A stretch of 64,000 nucleotides of DNA from Phoronis australis (taxonomy: Eukaryota > Animalia > Phoronida), in the NCBI GenBank assembly GCA_002633005.1, contig NMRA01000097.1, positions 260,686-324,685 on the forward strand. Direction: 5' to 3'. Position numbers and translations under genes: made by a program. Within the stretch, counting starts at the first letter, position 1, and each line of letters starts with the position of its first letter. Positions 1 to 13,494 of the stretch are shown piece after piece. The notes under the pieces are model-generated. The model searched no databases and was not told the DNA's origin. It saw only the letters and a program-made list of their open reading frames with translations.

Positions 1-1554
1 CCCCTAAATCCGCCTATGGAACTGTCCGTTTACCCCATTAAGACATTTAAATTAGGCCTACCTTCTTATGAACTTGACATTTTTTGTAGTTTCATTCCAT
101 AAAGGTAGCTTTCATTTAATTTTGAAGGTAGCATGATCACTAAGTCGTGGTATGGTTACAAAAGATTACAAGTCTGGTGTGGTAGTTGCAAAAATATGGT
201 ATTTACAAAAATAACTCAAATTCTTTCTTAAAGCTTCATAAATCTAAATATTATATTTGAACAACTCCAAAATGAGCTCTCTCTAACTCTACAGGCATAG
301 TGTATACTAGAGGTACACGTCAAAAGGTAATTCAACAGTTTATCTTTAGTGACAACAGCTCGACCAAGGCTTTGAGTTTCGGCTGTAATCCAGTGGCCTT
401 CCCTGTGCCGATCGAATCTCTGAATTTTGACCGGGAGAGAAGTTCAGTTGAACGCCAGCTTACGGTTTATAAATAACAAAAATGTACCTCTGATACGAAA
501 CGAAATAATGTCCATTAGGTTGAAATAAATAAAAAAACATAAAATAAAAATGTCTTTGAAAACAACAATTTCCGGGGACTACCGCTAGAGTGCTGAGATC
601 CAGCAGGTGCCGAGACAAAGGAGGCCAGACGTAGCCAACTCGGGAGTCAAAATCTGAGATAGCCCTGCGCCATAGCCACCAAGCTGAAATGTGCGTATCT
701 TCGAACTAATATATGTGTGTTTATTATAGCCTTCGAGTTATCACACAACATCGCTAAGTTCAGCTGCTCGTGTGGCCGTAGAGTTTGATACATAATTTAC
801 GGTCTTCAATATCATTTTTCGGCTTAGGATATGCCATAAATGACGGGATATTATTCTGGAGCAGCATAACGGCTGTTGGTACTACACACGTCATATCAAC
901 ACCGTTTCCTCACTCTTAGCGGACAACTTCTTGAGCTATAGACTAAAGTAAATTTTACTCGACTGCGTGTGGTTTGTCGGGTAAAATGGCGGCTTGGACA
1001 CGCAGACGAAGGTGTGCCAAGAATGCTGCGTTCTGATTGGTCTATTAAGCCGTCCGTCATAATCTTGGCGATAGGTCAATTACTGCAGCATACATGTAAA
1101 GTACCGGGAAGTTATGTACACTTCAGCCTCTGTTAAGTCCAATTCGAGTACCCTGGTGGTAGTTGCAAAATGCAACAGAAATACGAGTGTTTTCACTGAT
1201 TCCATTGAGACCTACGATCTAAAAATCTGTGTATTCTCATTCAGAGCTTTGTGCTGGGATAATCTCACCAGACATCCAGGCTACTACAATTCTCCACTGC
1301 TGTTGCAGGGTAGTGCTTTTTTAGCCACTACAATTACATAACAAGTACAAAGCTGATATAAAAAAATTTCCGCACAAAAAACTGCAGAGAGAGGTCAGGG
1401 GTACTGTAGCAGGGCGTTTCTTTTTCTACTGACAATTAATCGCGCTCTTAGCTTATAGATCGTCAGCAAGATGGCGATCTAACGTGGGCGTATAGTCAGG
1501 CTCTTTCGGATGAAAAGGATGATATAGTTCATATCTGTTATTACCTGAAAATAG

Positions 1555-3892
1555 TATCCTATGTGTAAATGGAGACCACCTGACGGCTCTACTATTGATT
1601 CTTTGCATGTTGTGCACCAGTTAGTATTACCAACTGAATACCGCCAGTAGGTGCTGTACTTGGCTCATGAGGAACCTGTGGCTGGAATTAATATGACCAA
1701 AGATCGTGTTCTGGGTTATTTCTTTTAGCCGGGTATCGATAAAATGTTAGGAATTTTTTAGAACTTGTCATGTGTGCCAGTTGGTAGGAAAGCCAAATAA
1801 AGTTATCGCTAAATCACTTTAAAACTAATTCCGGCGTTTGGCGAGTCATTTAGTGGATTGTTTAGGCTCATTGCTTAAAACGAAATCGGGGAATCAGTAT
1901 TTATAGACAGTGATGTGTAGTTCCACACGCTTTCCTGAAATTATTCCATTATGTAAAATGACTACATCAGAGGTAGTAAAGGCTTTGGTAAAGTTCTTTA
2001 CTTTGGGTGGCCTTCCTAAATCAATTCAGTCTAACCAAAGGTCAAACTTTATGACTGGCCTACTTCTTCAGGTGGTTTATTTGTTGAAAATTGGCCAACG
2101 TGTTTCCAGTGCTTATTAACCTTCATCTCAGGGGCTCTTGAAAGGTTTCATCAAACGTTTAAGACAATGTTAAGGGCTTACTGTTTGTATCGTGACAAGA
2201 ATCGTGATGGTGGTGTTCCACTTTAACTGCTTCCGTACAGGGATACAGTGCAAGATTCTCTGGGTTAAACCCATTTAAGTTGTTGTTTTTTAGTGTCAAC
2301 CCCGTGGTCGGCTTAAACTGTTGAAGAAAGGTGGGTGAGTGATGATCCCGCAGTGGATTTATTGAGCAAGTTGTATGTGTCAGATTTTAAAAGAGGTTGT
2401 TTGTGGTTAGAACAGTTGCTCATAAGCATTTGAAATATGCTCAGATATCTATGAAAACGTGCTTTCATCAGCTCATGACACACAATTTAGTCCGGGTGAC
2501 AAAGTGTTGGTTCTGCTATCTGGGGATTATTTGAATGCTAAGTTTTCTGAACCGTACGTGGTTGAGAGGATGCTAAGCAATCTCGACTATGTAGTTAGTA
2601 TTCCTGATCGTGGTAAGGAAAGCAGAGTTTGCCACGTAAACATGCTTAATGAGCATCGCGAAAGGTATGGTGATCATGTTCATAAAACTGTTGCAACTGT
2701 TGAGTCGGGTTATGTTGACAATCAGTCTCATGAGACCGATTTTGGAGGACCTGCTTTAGATGTTTCGCTCATGTATTGCAACTCTCAGTTTCTCAACAAT
2801 TTTCGAGAAAAATTTAGTGATTTTCATGTTGATCAGAAATACTCACTACAAAGTCTCTTAAGGGAATCCAATGAATTATTTCCAGATGTGCTTAGAAAAA
2901 TCTAATGTTCTGTTTCGCGATGTCGTTGTCGGAGATGCTGGTCCAAATACGCAACACCCTTATAGACTTTTTCTCCCCAAGTTGGAATTAATGAACAATT
3001 AGGTTTAGTATATGTTGGATAATGGAAACATTGAACCTAGTCAGAGTAATTGGAGTTCTCCATACATCCTTGTTCCGAAGCCTGACAATTCTTTTAGGTT
3101 TGTGATTGACTGCAGGAAATTGAACTTGGTTACCAGGGGTGATATGTACCCTGCTACGGGGGTTGATGATTGTATTGATCGTGTTGGAAATCCAGCATTT
3201 GTAAGTAAGGTTGATCTGTTAAAAGGCTATTGGCAAGTTCCACTTACTGCTCTACCTAAACAGCTATCTGCATTTGCAACCCCTGATTCTTTGTGGCAGT
3301 ATTCGTGTTATGCCCTTCGTTATGAAAAATGCAGCTGCAACTGTTCAGAAATTGTCAAATACTGTATTGAATGGTTTACCTAATGTTCAGGTTTACATTG
3401 CTGTTATTATAGTTAGAAGTTCCTCTTGGGAGGCACATGTGCGTGATTTGAGGCAACATTTCGAGAACCGGTTTGGTGCTAATTTCTCTGTTAATTTTGC
3501 GAAAAGTGATCTCAATCAAGCGTGTGTGACGTTTTAGGTCATGTTGTTGGAGTAGCGAAAGTGCGACCTCGAGAAGCTGAGATTGGCTTTTCCTATTCCC
3601 ACTAACAAGAAGCCTTTGTGTAGATACCTGGGAATAGAGGTTTTATTGACGTTTTTGTAGAAATTATTCTGAGGTTGTAATACATTTGACTACTTTGACT
3701 TCAAATAATGTGAAGTTTGTGTGGACTGATGAATGCCAAAAAGCTTTTGAAACTGTGAAAGAAATGTTGTCTACGCAGTCTGTGCTTGCTGCTTCTGTTT
3801 TTTGTAAGCCATTGAAGTTGGTTGTTGGTGCATCAGAAGTGGGAACAGGTGGTGTTTTGTTACAGGAAGATGCTCATGGCATAGATCACACT
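1555..3892 (+). mobile_element. Degenerate Gypsy LTR retrotransposon pol, Gmr1-like domain order (INT-RT-RNaseH)
   Basis: Integrase Zn-finger (HQLVLP..LAHE..CHVCQ), core (TRFPEIIPL, GLPKSIQSNQRSNF, ERFHQT) and GPY-like motif (GDKVLV..KFSEPY) come first. RT motifs follow (SNWSSPYILVPKPD, DLLKGYWQVPL, VMPF), then RNaseH (FVWTDECQKAF, GASEVGTGGVLLQ). Many stops and frameshifts. Confidence 0.9.
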
Positions 3893-3932
3893 TTAATTTA
3901 AAGCTACTGAACTTCATACCTACATATTTATA

Positions 3933-4704
3933 GGGCCTTTCATACTAACATCGACGCGTCGATGTTTTTGGGAGTTACTGTCAGTATGAACGCTTAAACT
4001 TTGGTCCTGGAAGAAAGTTAACAGCGCCAGTTAACATCGCACTAAACAGGTGGATTTAGGTACTTAGTGTCAATGCTGTGGCGCAGTATAAACGATCAAC
4101 TTCGGTCTTATCGAAGTTATTGCCATAGGCCACTGTTATCGGTAACAGTTGCATAGTAGTGTGATGGCTAATAGTTGCTTATACCTTGCTCCAATAATTA
4201 CCAATCAATTTAAAAATAAGTTTTATGTCAATTAACACATGTAAATGTTCCAAAATTGTTCCATCTTAGCGTGCAGTGCGTGAGTTGCATGGCGGGCCGT
4301 AAGCAGTTTTGGTGCTCAAGTCACCAGCCACTTTGCGGGACACTCTGGAAAGTGGGACATTTCTTCCTCTGTACGTGAGACGATAGTGAGTACTTCTCGG
4401 TAGGCAGCAACAGCGTGGCATGTTGACTGACTCGTAAACAAAAGCAAACGATGACCGAACTTTCACAACCGTGGTAGAACAATGACTGACTCGACTGCTC
4501 TCACAGTCAGACCGTATGAACAGAAATTGGCGCGAAATTCTTGCCTCCTAAAACGTCACTTCCGGAGTAGACAACGAGTAAATAATTAAATTACGAAAAG
4601 CTGCCAATAAGTGAAAATATGTCTGGGATAATCAATGAATCCCATTTTTGCTCAAAATGACACGAAAAAGGTTGCCTTCGCCTTTATGTCAATGTGAAAG
4701 GGCC
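3933..4704. mobile_element. PIF/Harbinger-like MITE with a nested Kolobok-like end fragment
   Basis: Termini GGGCCTTTCATA / TGTGAAAGGGCC with TA-rich flanks. Other copies at 57156-57550 and 41956-42450 (reverse complement). The segment ~4275-4683 matches the THAP element at 43.8-45.2 kb. Confidence 0.65.
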
Positions 4705-6952
4705 GTATGCTAGACCACAAGCCACTTAATCTTCTTTAGCTGGATCTGCTCGCTTAGCTTCACAGGCAAATAATCCATGTTTTGTGACTACAAACGCGCG
4801 TTTCTGAACTCAGAAAACTGAATTCATAGGTTCATGAGCTGCAACTCTTAAGTGCGTACGTTGTGTTGTCTGGGTAGCCTTCCTTATCCATCGATTGTTG
4901 AAGACTCACTCTGCAACAAAGACAAAAAATTGTAATAACGGACAGGTAAAAGCTATCAGTATAAGAAAACTTAACTTGCTGAATATTTATCGAGTTGTTT
5001 ATACAACACCGATTTTTAAAACTTACTGACTTATATACAAAGCTTAGAAAATAGTTTTCAAACTCAAAATTTAACCGATTACTCTCCAGGATTCAAGTGC
5101 AACACTAGTCTGCAAGTTTACTCCAAGCATGCACTGCAGTGGGTCAGTCTTCCATTTCCTGTTTTGGATAAAGTTTGAATCCTGGATTCGTGACAATCAA
5201 AACAATTTTATTCTACACAACTTGAATACAAAACATGCACATGGTCACCTGCCATGCTATCACAATCTAGAACAAACCGTGCATACGACAAAATTTAATG
5301 TTTTAATAAAAGTTGGACTTCAGGCTAACCAGTTATCGTGTTCTGTAACATTTTAGTTTAAGTTCTATGACAAATCCATTAATATTTTTATCAGATGTTG
5401 AAACTGTTGGCAACTGCAATAAATTACCGTTCCAATTACTGGTATTAGCTTTTCATTGTTTAATTCGTTAATCTGATAAGATAATGCACAACTCTACATA
5501 ATGAGCAGAGCTATTAAAGTTTTATTCTATCTGTCTCCAGCCAGCATAGAACTGAATTGTCTTCTTACTAATTTTTCATGGACATTCAACAGGCACAACC
5601 AGAAGNTTCCATCTTAGCGTGCAGTGCGTGAGTTGCATGGCGGGCCGTAAGCAGTTTTGGTGCTCAAGTCACCAGCCACTTTGCGGGACACTCTGGAAAG
5701 TGGGACATTTCTTCCTCTGTACGTGAGACGATAGTGAGTACTTCTCGGTAGGCAGCAACAGCGTGGCATGTTGACTGACTCGTAAACAAAAGCAAACGAT
5801 GACCGAACTTTCACAACCGTGGTAGAACAATGACTGACTCGACTGCTCTCACAGTCAGACTGTATGAACAGAAATTGGCGCGAAATTCTTGCCTCCTAAA
5901 ACGTCACTTCCGGAGTAGACAACGAGTAAATAATTAAATTACGAAAAGCTGCCAATAAGTGAAGATATGTCTGGGATAATCAATGAATCCCATTTTTGCT
6001 CAAAATGACACGAAAAAAGTTGCCTTCGACTTTAAGTCAATGTGAAAGGGCCCTATGCTAGACCACAAGCCACTTAATCTTCTTTAGCTGGATCTGCTCG
6101 CTTAGCTTCACAGGCAAATAATCCATGTTTTGTGACTGCAAACGCGCGTTTCTGAACTCAGAAAACTGAATTCATAGGTTCATGAGCTGCAACTCATAAG
6201 TGCGTACGTTGTGTTGTCTGGGTAGCCTTCCTTATTCATCGATTGTTGAAGACACACTCTGCAACAAAGACAAAAATTGTAATAACGGACAGGTAAAAGC
6301 TATCAGTATAAGACAACTTAACTTGCTGAATATTTATCGAGTTGTTTATACAACACCGATTTTTAAAACTTACTGACTTATATACAAAGCTTAGAAAATA
6401 GTCTTCAAACTCAAAATTTAACCGATTACTCTCCAGGATTCAAGTGCAACACTAGTCTACACGTTTACTCCAAGCATGCACTGCAGTGGGTCAGTCTTCT
6501 ACTTCCTGTTTTGGATAAAGTTTGAATCCTGGATTCGTGACAATCAAAACAATTTTATTCTACACAACTTGAATACAAAACATGCACATGGTCACCTGCC
6601 ATGCTATCACAATCTAGAACAAACCGTGCATAAGACAAAACTTAATGTTTTAATAAAAGTTGGACTTCAGGCTAACCAGGTATCGTGTTTTGTAACATTT
6701 TAGTTTAAGTTCTATGACAGATCCATTAATATTTTTATCAGATGATGAAACTGTTGGCAACTGCAATAAATTACCGTTCCAATTACTGGTATTAGCTTTT
6801 CATTGTTTAATTCGTTAATCTGATAAGATAATGCACAACTCTACATAATGAGCAGAGCTATTAAAGTTTTATTCTATCTGTCTCCAGCCAGCATAGAACT
6901 GAATTGTCTTCTTACTAATTTTTCATGGACATTCAACAGGCACAACCAGAAG
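4259..6952. repeat. Near-identical 1.35-kb tandem duplicate across an N (4259-5605 / 5607-6952); probable uncollapsed haplotype overlap
   Basis: The copies differ by scattered SNPs and abut exactly at the single N at 5606. Confidence 0.85.
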
Positions 6953-7999
6953 CTTTACGTTGACTTGACCAAATAGCTGCAAGAATCAGTGAGCTTGTTA
7001 AAGATTATAATCCCATTGGTTAAACCAAGGACATATTTCATATTGTTTCAAATTCAAATCCTGATAGCATCACGTTTTTTAACTCAACAATGAAACATAT
7101 GGAGCTCTACCTGCCACGTGGACGTAGACAGCCCAATACCACCCCTGGGTGATTGTTTTGATGCAAATGTTTGGATGTCTAGCTCTTCCAATTACTCCGC
7201 CAAGTTAATAGAGACCTGAAAACAACGAGATATTAGCAAACATAACAGTACAGTATGTGATAGCTTCTTAAGAATCCAGACATAACCCATTTACAGGGAA
7301 TTTTATCCATGTAAAGATCAGGGGCGGTCTGGCGGATCCAGGATTTTAAGTTGGGGGGTTAGGGCAGAATATTAGGTAGGGTTTTGCCCATCTGACATTC
7401 ACCCCCTGCCCCCCCAACTGCCAAATGATCTCGTAGCGTTTTAGTGGGTCGAGTCCATGGCCCCTTAGCTGCCTTCTGAATCCACCACTGGCATGGTCTT
7501 CACAAAGGGTCTTACATAACCATAAAAGTTTACAGTAAAATTATTATCTTATGTACAGTAAACATAAATACACTATATCCTGTACTCCTACCAATCACTT
7601 TACTGGCTGAAATTTGCAAAGATATTAAATTGGGATTCCAAGCAAGTTTCTTGAGGGAAAAGTATACGCAACTACAGATATGGGGAGATCATTCTAGTCA
7701 GTCCATATTCAACTCAACTCCAAAGTAAAGTTGCACCCAGATTAACTATCACTTTCTCCATGACACTGAAATAATTGATTTCAAAAAAAAGAGTCGAACT
7801 TGCATTGAATGTGAACATTTTAAGTCTGAAATATGCTAACTTTTACGACATTCTAGTATTCCACAACCCGGTAAAATTCGAAATCACATACCCAATCCCT
7901 AAGTCAAATCACGCAGATTTTCCTTATTTGCCTTGAATTACTTGGTGCAATTAGATATGGATCATGCAAGTTTCACTGTGCGTAACAATAAGATGTTGA

Positions 8000-10630
8000 C
8001 TGAAAGGAAAAATCATATTTTTTGTCTCCAAGACTTACCTTTCATAGAATCGGACCACGATAGGTTTAGGGCCCGGTGGGTCTTTGGCATTTTTGTGAAT
8101 CCGGAAAGAGGAGACGCACGGGGTGTGACTATCCTAATTAGCACTGCACATACGGTCCTAATCAAGATTCTCCACTTTTTACTAAAATATAGCAGATCGC
8201 ATCTCTCTGTTCAACCCATAATTTATTGTTCTTTGCGGGGATTGGAATTTGGTCCAAGATTATGACCCGGACTGTTTAGTTTATATCAATCAGAACAATC
8301 CTCAGCCAAAAAACAGTTCTAAATTTAAAACAAATTTTTAATTGGGTTGACCCTTGGAGAGAGAGTCTGCAATCCTAACCGTACCCCTTCCACATGGAGT
8401 AGGAAAATCCCAGTAAAGAAATCACGCCTATTTTCCGACGAGTTTTCCTCTTTGTTGAACGCTGTTGGAATAAACCCAGGCTACAAAACTGCTCATTCAG
8501 CCATTCAGTTGGAGATAAAATTTCACTCTTTTGAGGGTGGCAGAGGCTTATGAAAATTTAATAATTCTCTACTGTGGGATAAAAGTTTTTGGAGCAATTA
8601 AAAATTATCATTCAAGACACCAAGAATGAATATGCTTCTGACATTTACGAAGCTTTGCTGTCGAACACGTTAGTACTACACATTAGATCTTTCATTCTGT
8701 CATAGTGCTTTCAATAATAAGGAAGAGAAAACCAGAAAATTGTATTTAGAAAGATAAATAAATACCGTCCACTACTTCGTTCAGAATCCCCATTCTCAAT
8801 TTTTTCAGTGATTGGTTACAACTTCTGGCCCAGTACGAAAAAATAGAAAGGAATACATCAGTGGTTTCATATTGAGATCTCGCGCCCAGTGGATAGAAAA
8901 TGGTGAAAAACCAACAGGATATTTTAGTAATTTAGAATAACAGAATTTTGTTCATAAAACATCTCAAGTTTAATAGATGACAATGGTACATTGATCTGTA
9001 GTCAAAATGGAGTGCTGGGTGAAATAACAATTTGACTACAATCTTTATGCCTCAAAGGATGACCACTTTTCTCAAAATGATTTACATGTACTGTAGATGC
9101 AATTATGGAAATCACTGAATCATCAAAACTGGAAGATAGTATAAGATATTAATTGGAAAGGAGTATTACTCATGATGAAATTCTATTTGTTCTCAAAAAT
9201 GAAAAATAATAAGACACCCATGTCCCGATGGTTTTACAATGGAATTTTACAAATTTTGTGGTCTGATTTGAGCGGTAATTTAGTTGGAGCTTTCAATTGC
9301 ATATCTTTACAGAATTCCCAACGCTCCGCTGTAAACCAAGGTGTTATCCAAATTATCCCAAAAGCTGACAAACGCAGGGAACTTTTTAAAAACTGGAGGC
9401 CAATCCCATTGCTTTATATAAATTATGAATTAATTTCAGCCCGTATTGCTGAACGTCTTAAGTCTGCCTTAAATTGTTTCATGCACGAAAACCAGAAAGG
9501 TTTTAGTGGTGGTAGATTCAATGGTGAATCTATTCGAGTAATCTATGACTTTATCTCTGCAAGGGACCAATTGAATATTCCTGGATTACTGGTCCTGGTG
9601 GATTTTGAGAAGGCGTTTGACTAAAACAATTGGGTAGTTCTACAAAAATTTTTTACTCTTTTGTAAAGACAAGACAACATGGCATTCGTAGGATCTTAAA
9701 ATCCACAGATTCTACACCATAGTAAGTCTCTTGTTAAACACTGATTGAGCATCATTGGATTGCCTATCATTTAGGAACTATTTCTACAGACATGCCGCTT
9801 CTCAAACTGTGCACCTTTATTGGAAGGAACTATTTAATTGTCTGTATCATTTTTGTAATATAATAGATCAAGAGAAAATTCCATATCAACCAGGTTGGTA
9901 TAACACTAATGTCATGATTGGTGGAGAAACTGCGGTTTGGAGAAAATGGTTTGAAATGGGTGTTTATTATATTTCACACCTACTAGACGAGTATGGATAT
10001 TTGTTATCTTTTCCTGATTTTTGCCAAAAGTTCAATTTTAGACCAATGTTTTTGAATTTTTATTGGCTCAGAGAGGCTGTTTGTCAAAAACTAAAAATCA
10101 CATAGAGACAATTGTTTCTTCTACACACCCTTTATCCCATTTTTTGTGAAATTAGTACTTATAGATAAAAAGAGCACACTTTTTGCTACACAAATATTGT
10201 AGGCCTAGGTCTCAGATGAGGTGGCAGACAGAACTTACTATGCCAGACACTATCGAATGGTGGGAAATGCCTACTTTGTAAATTTTACCCTTGATACTTC
10301 GATGGTTTTAATTTAGGTTGTCACATACGAGTAGGAAAATCAACTGTAACTCTTATCTTGTAAAAATTGGGCTGAGTAACTCCCCCTTGTGTATGTTTTG
10401 TAAGAGTGAACCTGAGACATTTCTTCACTTGTACTGGCAGTGCGATGTTGTTCAAATTTTTTTGAACAATGTTGGAGACTGGGTTAGAAAAAAAAACAAC
10501 AATTCCTACATGTAGAAGCCAACCAAGTCCAAATTTTATCTTCTGTCTTTGCAAGTTTCATTTATAGAAGCAACGGCTTTATGGTAAACCTCCTGATTTA
10601 AATATATTGAGAAAAGAAATTGAACTATAC
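8000..10630 (+). mobile_element. Degenerate L1/Tx1-clade LINE ORF2 (APE-RT-CCHC)
   Basis: APE motifs HIFCLQD, ARGVTILI, TWSRK..KSRL, TAHSAI; LRSRAQWIENGEKPT; RT motifs KNWRPIPLL..YELI, HENQKGF..GR, LVDFEKAFD; C-terminal CMFCKSEPETFLHLYWQC. The RT core after ~9624 is deleted. Confidence 0.9.
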
Positions 10631-10632
10631 TA

Positions 10633-11478
10633 TGTCAGAATATAGTCTGACAGTATTTTAGTTGTATTGTTTTGTTTTGTTATTCTGTTTGATTAGCATG
10701 ACCCCTGAGTTAAGTACAATGATGATGTAATTTGTTCACTACAGAATAGTATGGAACTTTCTAGTAGACTGAATTCAGTAGCGATGATGTAATTTGTTTA
10801 CTACAAAAGAGTGTGGAACTTTCTTGAAGACTCAGGTCAGAACAGTGATGATGTAATTTGTTTACTACAGTATAGTGTGGAACTTTCTAGAAGACTCTAG
10901 CATGACAGTGATTAATGCAGTCTGGGATATTCTAGAGAATAGTACATGTTTGTAGAATGGTTGGGTAGATTCAGGAAAGTTCTAGAATGTGCTTGAATTG
11001 ATGAAAAGTTCCAGAACAATGCATTACGCTATAAATACACATGCACGGGTTTGTGTTAGTCAGATCAGGTCAGATTAAGTCAGTGAGATCAAGTCAATTC
11101 AAGAGAAGATCAAGTCAATTCAAGAGAAGATCAAGTCAGTTCAAGTGAGACCAAGTAAGTTCAAGAAGTGAAGAGAATCAGCAGTTACAGCGATAGTCAA
11201 TATAGAGCCAGCTATAGAGACAGCAGGTTATTGAATCGACGAGTGTAACAGTTTCTGGAAGTATCTCAGAAGTTCAACACAAGTCAAGGCTTCGCAGCAC
11301 TGGCTGGAGCATAAACAGACATTACGTCGGACGTTTTGTTTGAGTAGGCTTGTGAACGAACGGTCAGGATTAATGAAGGATTAACTCGAACCAGTCTTCA
11401 GTCAATCTTTGCACCGAAAGCTTTTAGCACCGGTTACTAACCACCTGCGCCCACCCACACACGGGGAAAAACGTGACA
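10633..11478 (+). mobile_element. Solo LTR
   Basis: TGTCA...TGACA termini; flanks TACTA/TACTG (5-bp TSD with 1 mismatch); TATA box TATAAATA near 11030. Internal tandem repeats are 3 x ~63 bp (from 10721) and ~4 x 20 bp GAGATCAAGTCAATTCAAGA (11086-11165). Confidence 0.75.
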
Positions 11479-13348
11479 TACTGTACTACTCCTGTAAAAA
11501 ATACATTAATTCACAAACAAATAGTTTACAAATAGATGGTCACAAATGCATAATCTAATAGCAATGCAAGGATATTTCATCGCTCCAGCACACTTGTATT
11601 CGCTCCCTTTTTAGAGGCATATACTAGTGCACTTTCCTGTATGTTTTATGTGTATTTCTAAAACCCAGTTCAAAATTACTTTTAGCTTTTTAAACTTTTC
11701 TTTCAATGTATTGTAAAGTAATGCAAGGGAATCCCAGATAGAAAAGCTAATCACAGTGGTACCTAGCTGTATTTTGACGATAGTCTCCATACCATTATCT
11801 AGATGGCTGCTCCTCTACATAATGTAAAGTAAAACTAACACCTTACATCAAAATGAATTCACAAACAGATTCATCTATAAATATTGGCGTAAGATGCGTC
11901 ACACTTTTGGCCTACCGCTGGTCAAATGAACAGTTCAATGACCTTTTTGTCATCGATGGTTTTCTGAAATTGACAGGAATTCCCGAGTGTTGCAAGTAGC
12001 GCAAGCTTTTCTGCTGCATAACGTTAACCCGCTATCTTTGAGCAAAAAGAATTTAGCAAAATAGTTCACCTATAAACAATGGCTTGAGATATGACGTTTT
12101 CTTTGGCCTACAGTTAATGGAATGAAGGTTCAAGAACCTCGTCATCGTGGTCACGCAGTTTAAACAGTTGGAAATTGGGTGAAAAGTGTCAGTGTTGACC
12201 CACGGCGTGCCCATGGTAAAACTGTGTCACTTGAGTGCTCATGTTATCGTGAGTGCAGGTACCATCCGCAAATCACAGAGTCCGTGTTCTAATAGTGCTA
12301 TGTTTGTACGTATACGAAAGAAAAAAGGCAGGCATGGGCAATGGTGTAGATTGGTCTCCACCAGCTGAACGCTCACTGCACCCAAGGTTGGGCGCCAAAA
12401 GATGTAACATGGTCGGACTAGGCAAAACACGATGGAGTTGTTAAAAGACTTTAATGTCGTCGAAGAAACTAAACATCAACTTCAGATGATAATTATTGAA
12501 CCCAATGTCAAATCTTCACCTGTAAAGAAATGACCTATAAACCTGCCAAACTAATTGTCGCATCTCTCAAACCAACTGCAGTCTCTATGAACAGGTGAAA
12601 AGACCAAAATGGTTATATAATTACATAAAAACCATACAGAAACACAGTAAAAATGGTGCAGGCCCAACACACTGGGCAACAACCAGACTTGAAAATAATC
12701 ACCCGCGGTTCAAAACTAAAAAAACAAAAATCCTTTCTATAAGTCTATGAAAAAGCAAATGACATCAACGTAAATAGAACACAAGGTAAATCTAGTACAT
12801 AGAAAATATACAACTGCCGCATATGCTTAACGTTCAGTGCAGAGTAGATTAAACATGGACTTATTCCGTAAGATGGATTCACTACAAGTTCGAAGTAAGT
12901 TTTCGTGAAATGTGGATTTGAAACAAATTGCTCGATCCTACTAGTTTTCACAAGCGAAAGTCTTGCTTTACAAAATGAGCCCTTACAGGTTATGTACATT
13001 ATTTTTCACAAAAAATCACTTACACGAATACCATGAAAGATCATTAAGAAAGACAAAGAAAATGGCGAGTACATACATGTACGCGAAACTTACCAAAAGA
13101 CTGAGCACTACATTGACCCATTGTGGCCTTAGTGTTCCAAGCTTTCACAAAATGACAACAATTCCCTTCACTTTGGTGACCCTTGACAACTACGAAGGCA
13201 ATCCTAAAGCAGGAAATTGTGTGAGTACTTAAACAAGTAAAAATGTTTTTCGAATAACGCGCTGAAGTCTACCGAGCACTGGTGCAACCCTGGCATTTAC
13301 GTAATCAAACAATTTGGGCTGCGGTTAGAGCGACTCAGCACACCTGCA

Positions 13349-13494
13349 CTAGTCGACAAGGAATACTTCGTTTGCCATCAGACGACTATTCGACATCCAG
13401 CCAGTGTAAGCTCTGTTGTACCATCTTCCAGGACACGTCTGTACGTGCAGTTCAATGCTGTAGTTCCCTGCTGGAAGTTCGCAGTATCCCCCAA
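13349..13494 (-). CDS. CTHRC1-like domain 3, exon c (ends in TAG)
   Basis: TTGCAG|TT acceptor, phase 1. Encodes GGYCELPAGNYSIELHVQTCPGRWYNRAYTGWMSNSRLMANEVFLVD*. Confidence 0.88.

Larger units (their letters stand above)
3893..7990 (-). mobile_element. Internal body of the EnSpm/CMC-like family (truncated copy)
   Basis: Reverse-complement homology to 39850-40353, 41256-42484, 37410-38160 and 62950-64000. Confidence 0.7.

Noticed and set aside
4259-6952. Tandem gene duplication (twin 66-aa and 75-aa ORFs)
   Set aside because: The copies abut at a single N and lie in repeat sequence; most likely an assembly or haplotype overlap.
10721-11165. Regularly spaced repeats resembling a CRISPR array
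   Set aside because: The ~63-bp and 20-bp units are degenerate tandem repeats without unique spacers, lie inside a TG...CA LTR, and have no cas genes in a eukaryotic context.
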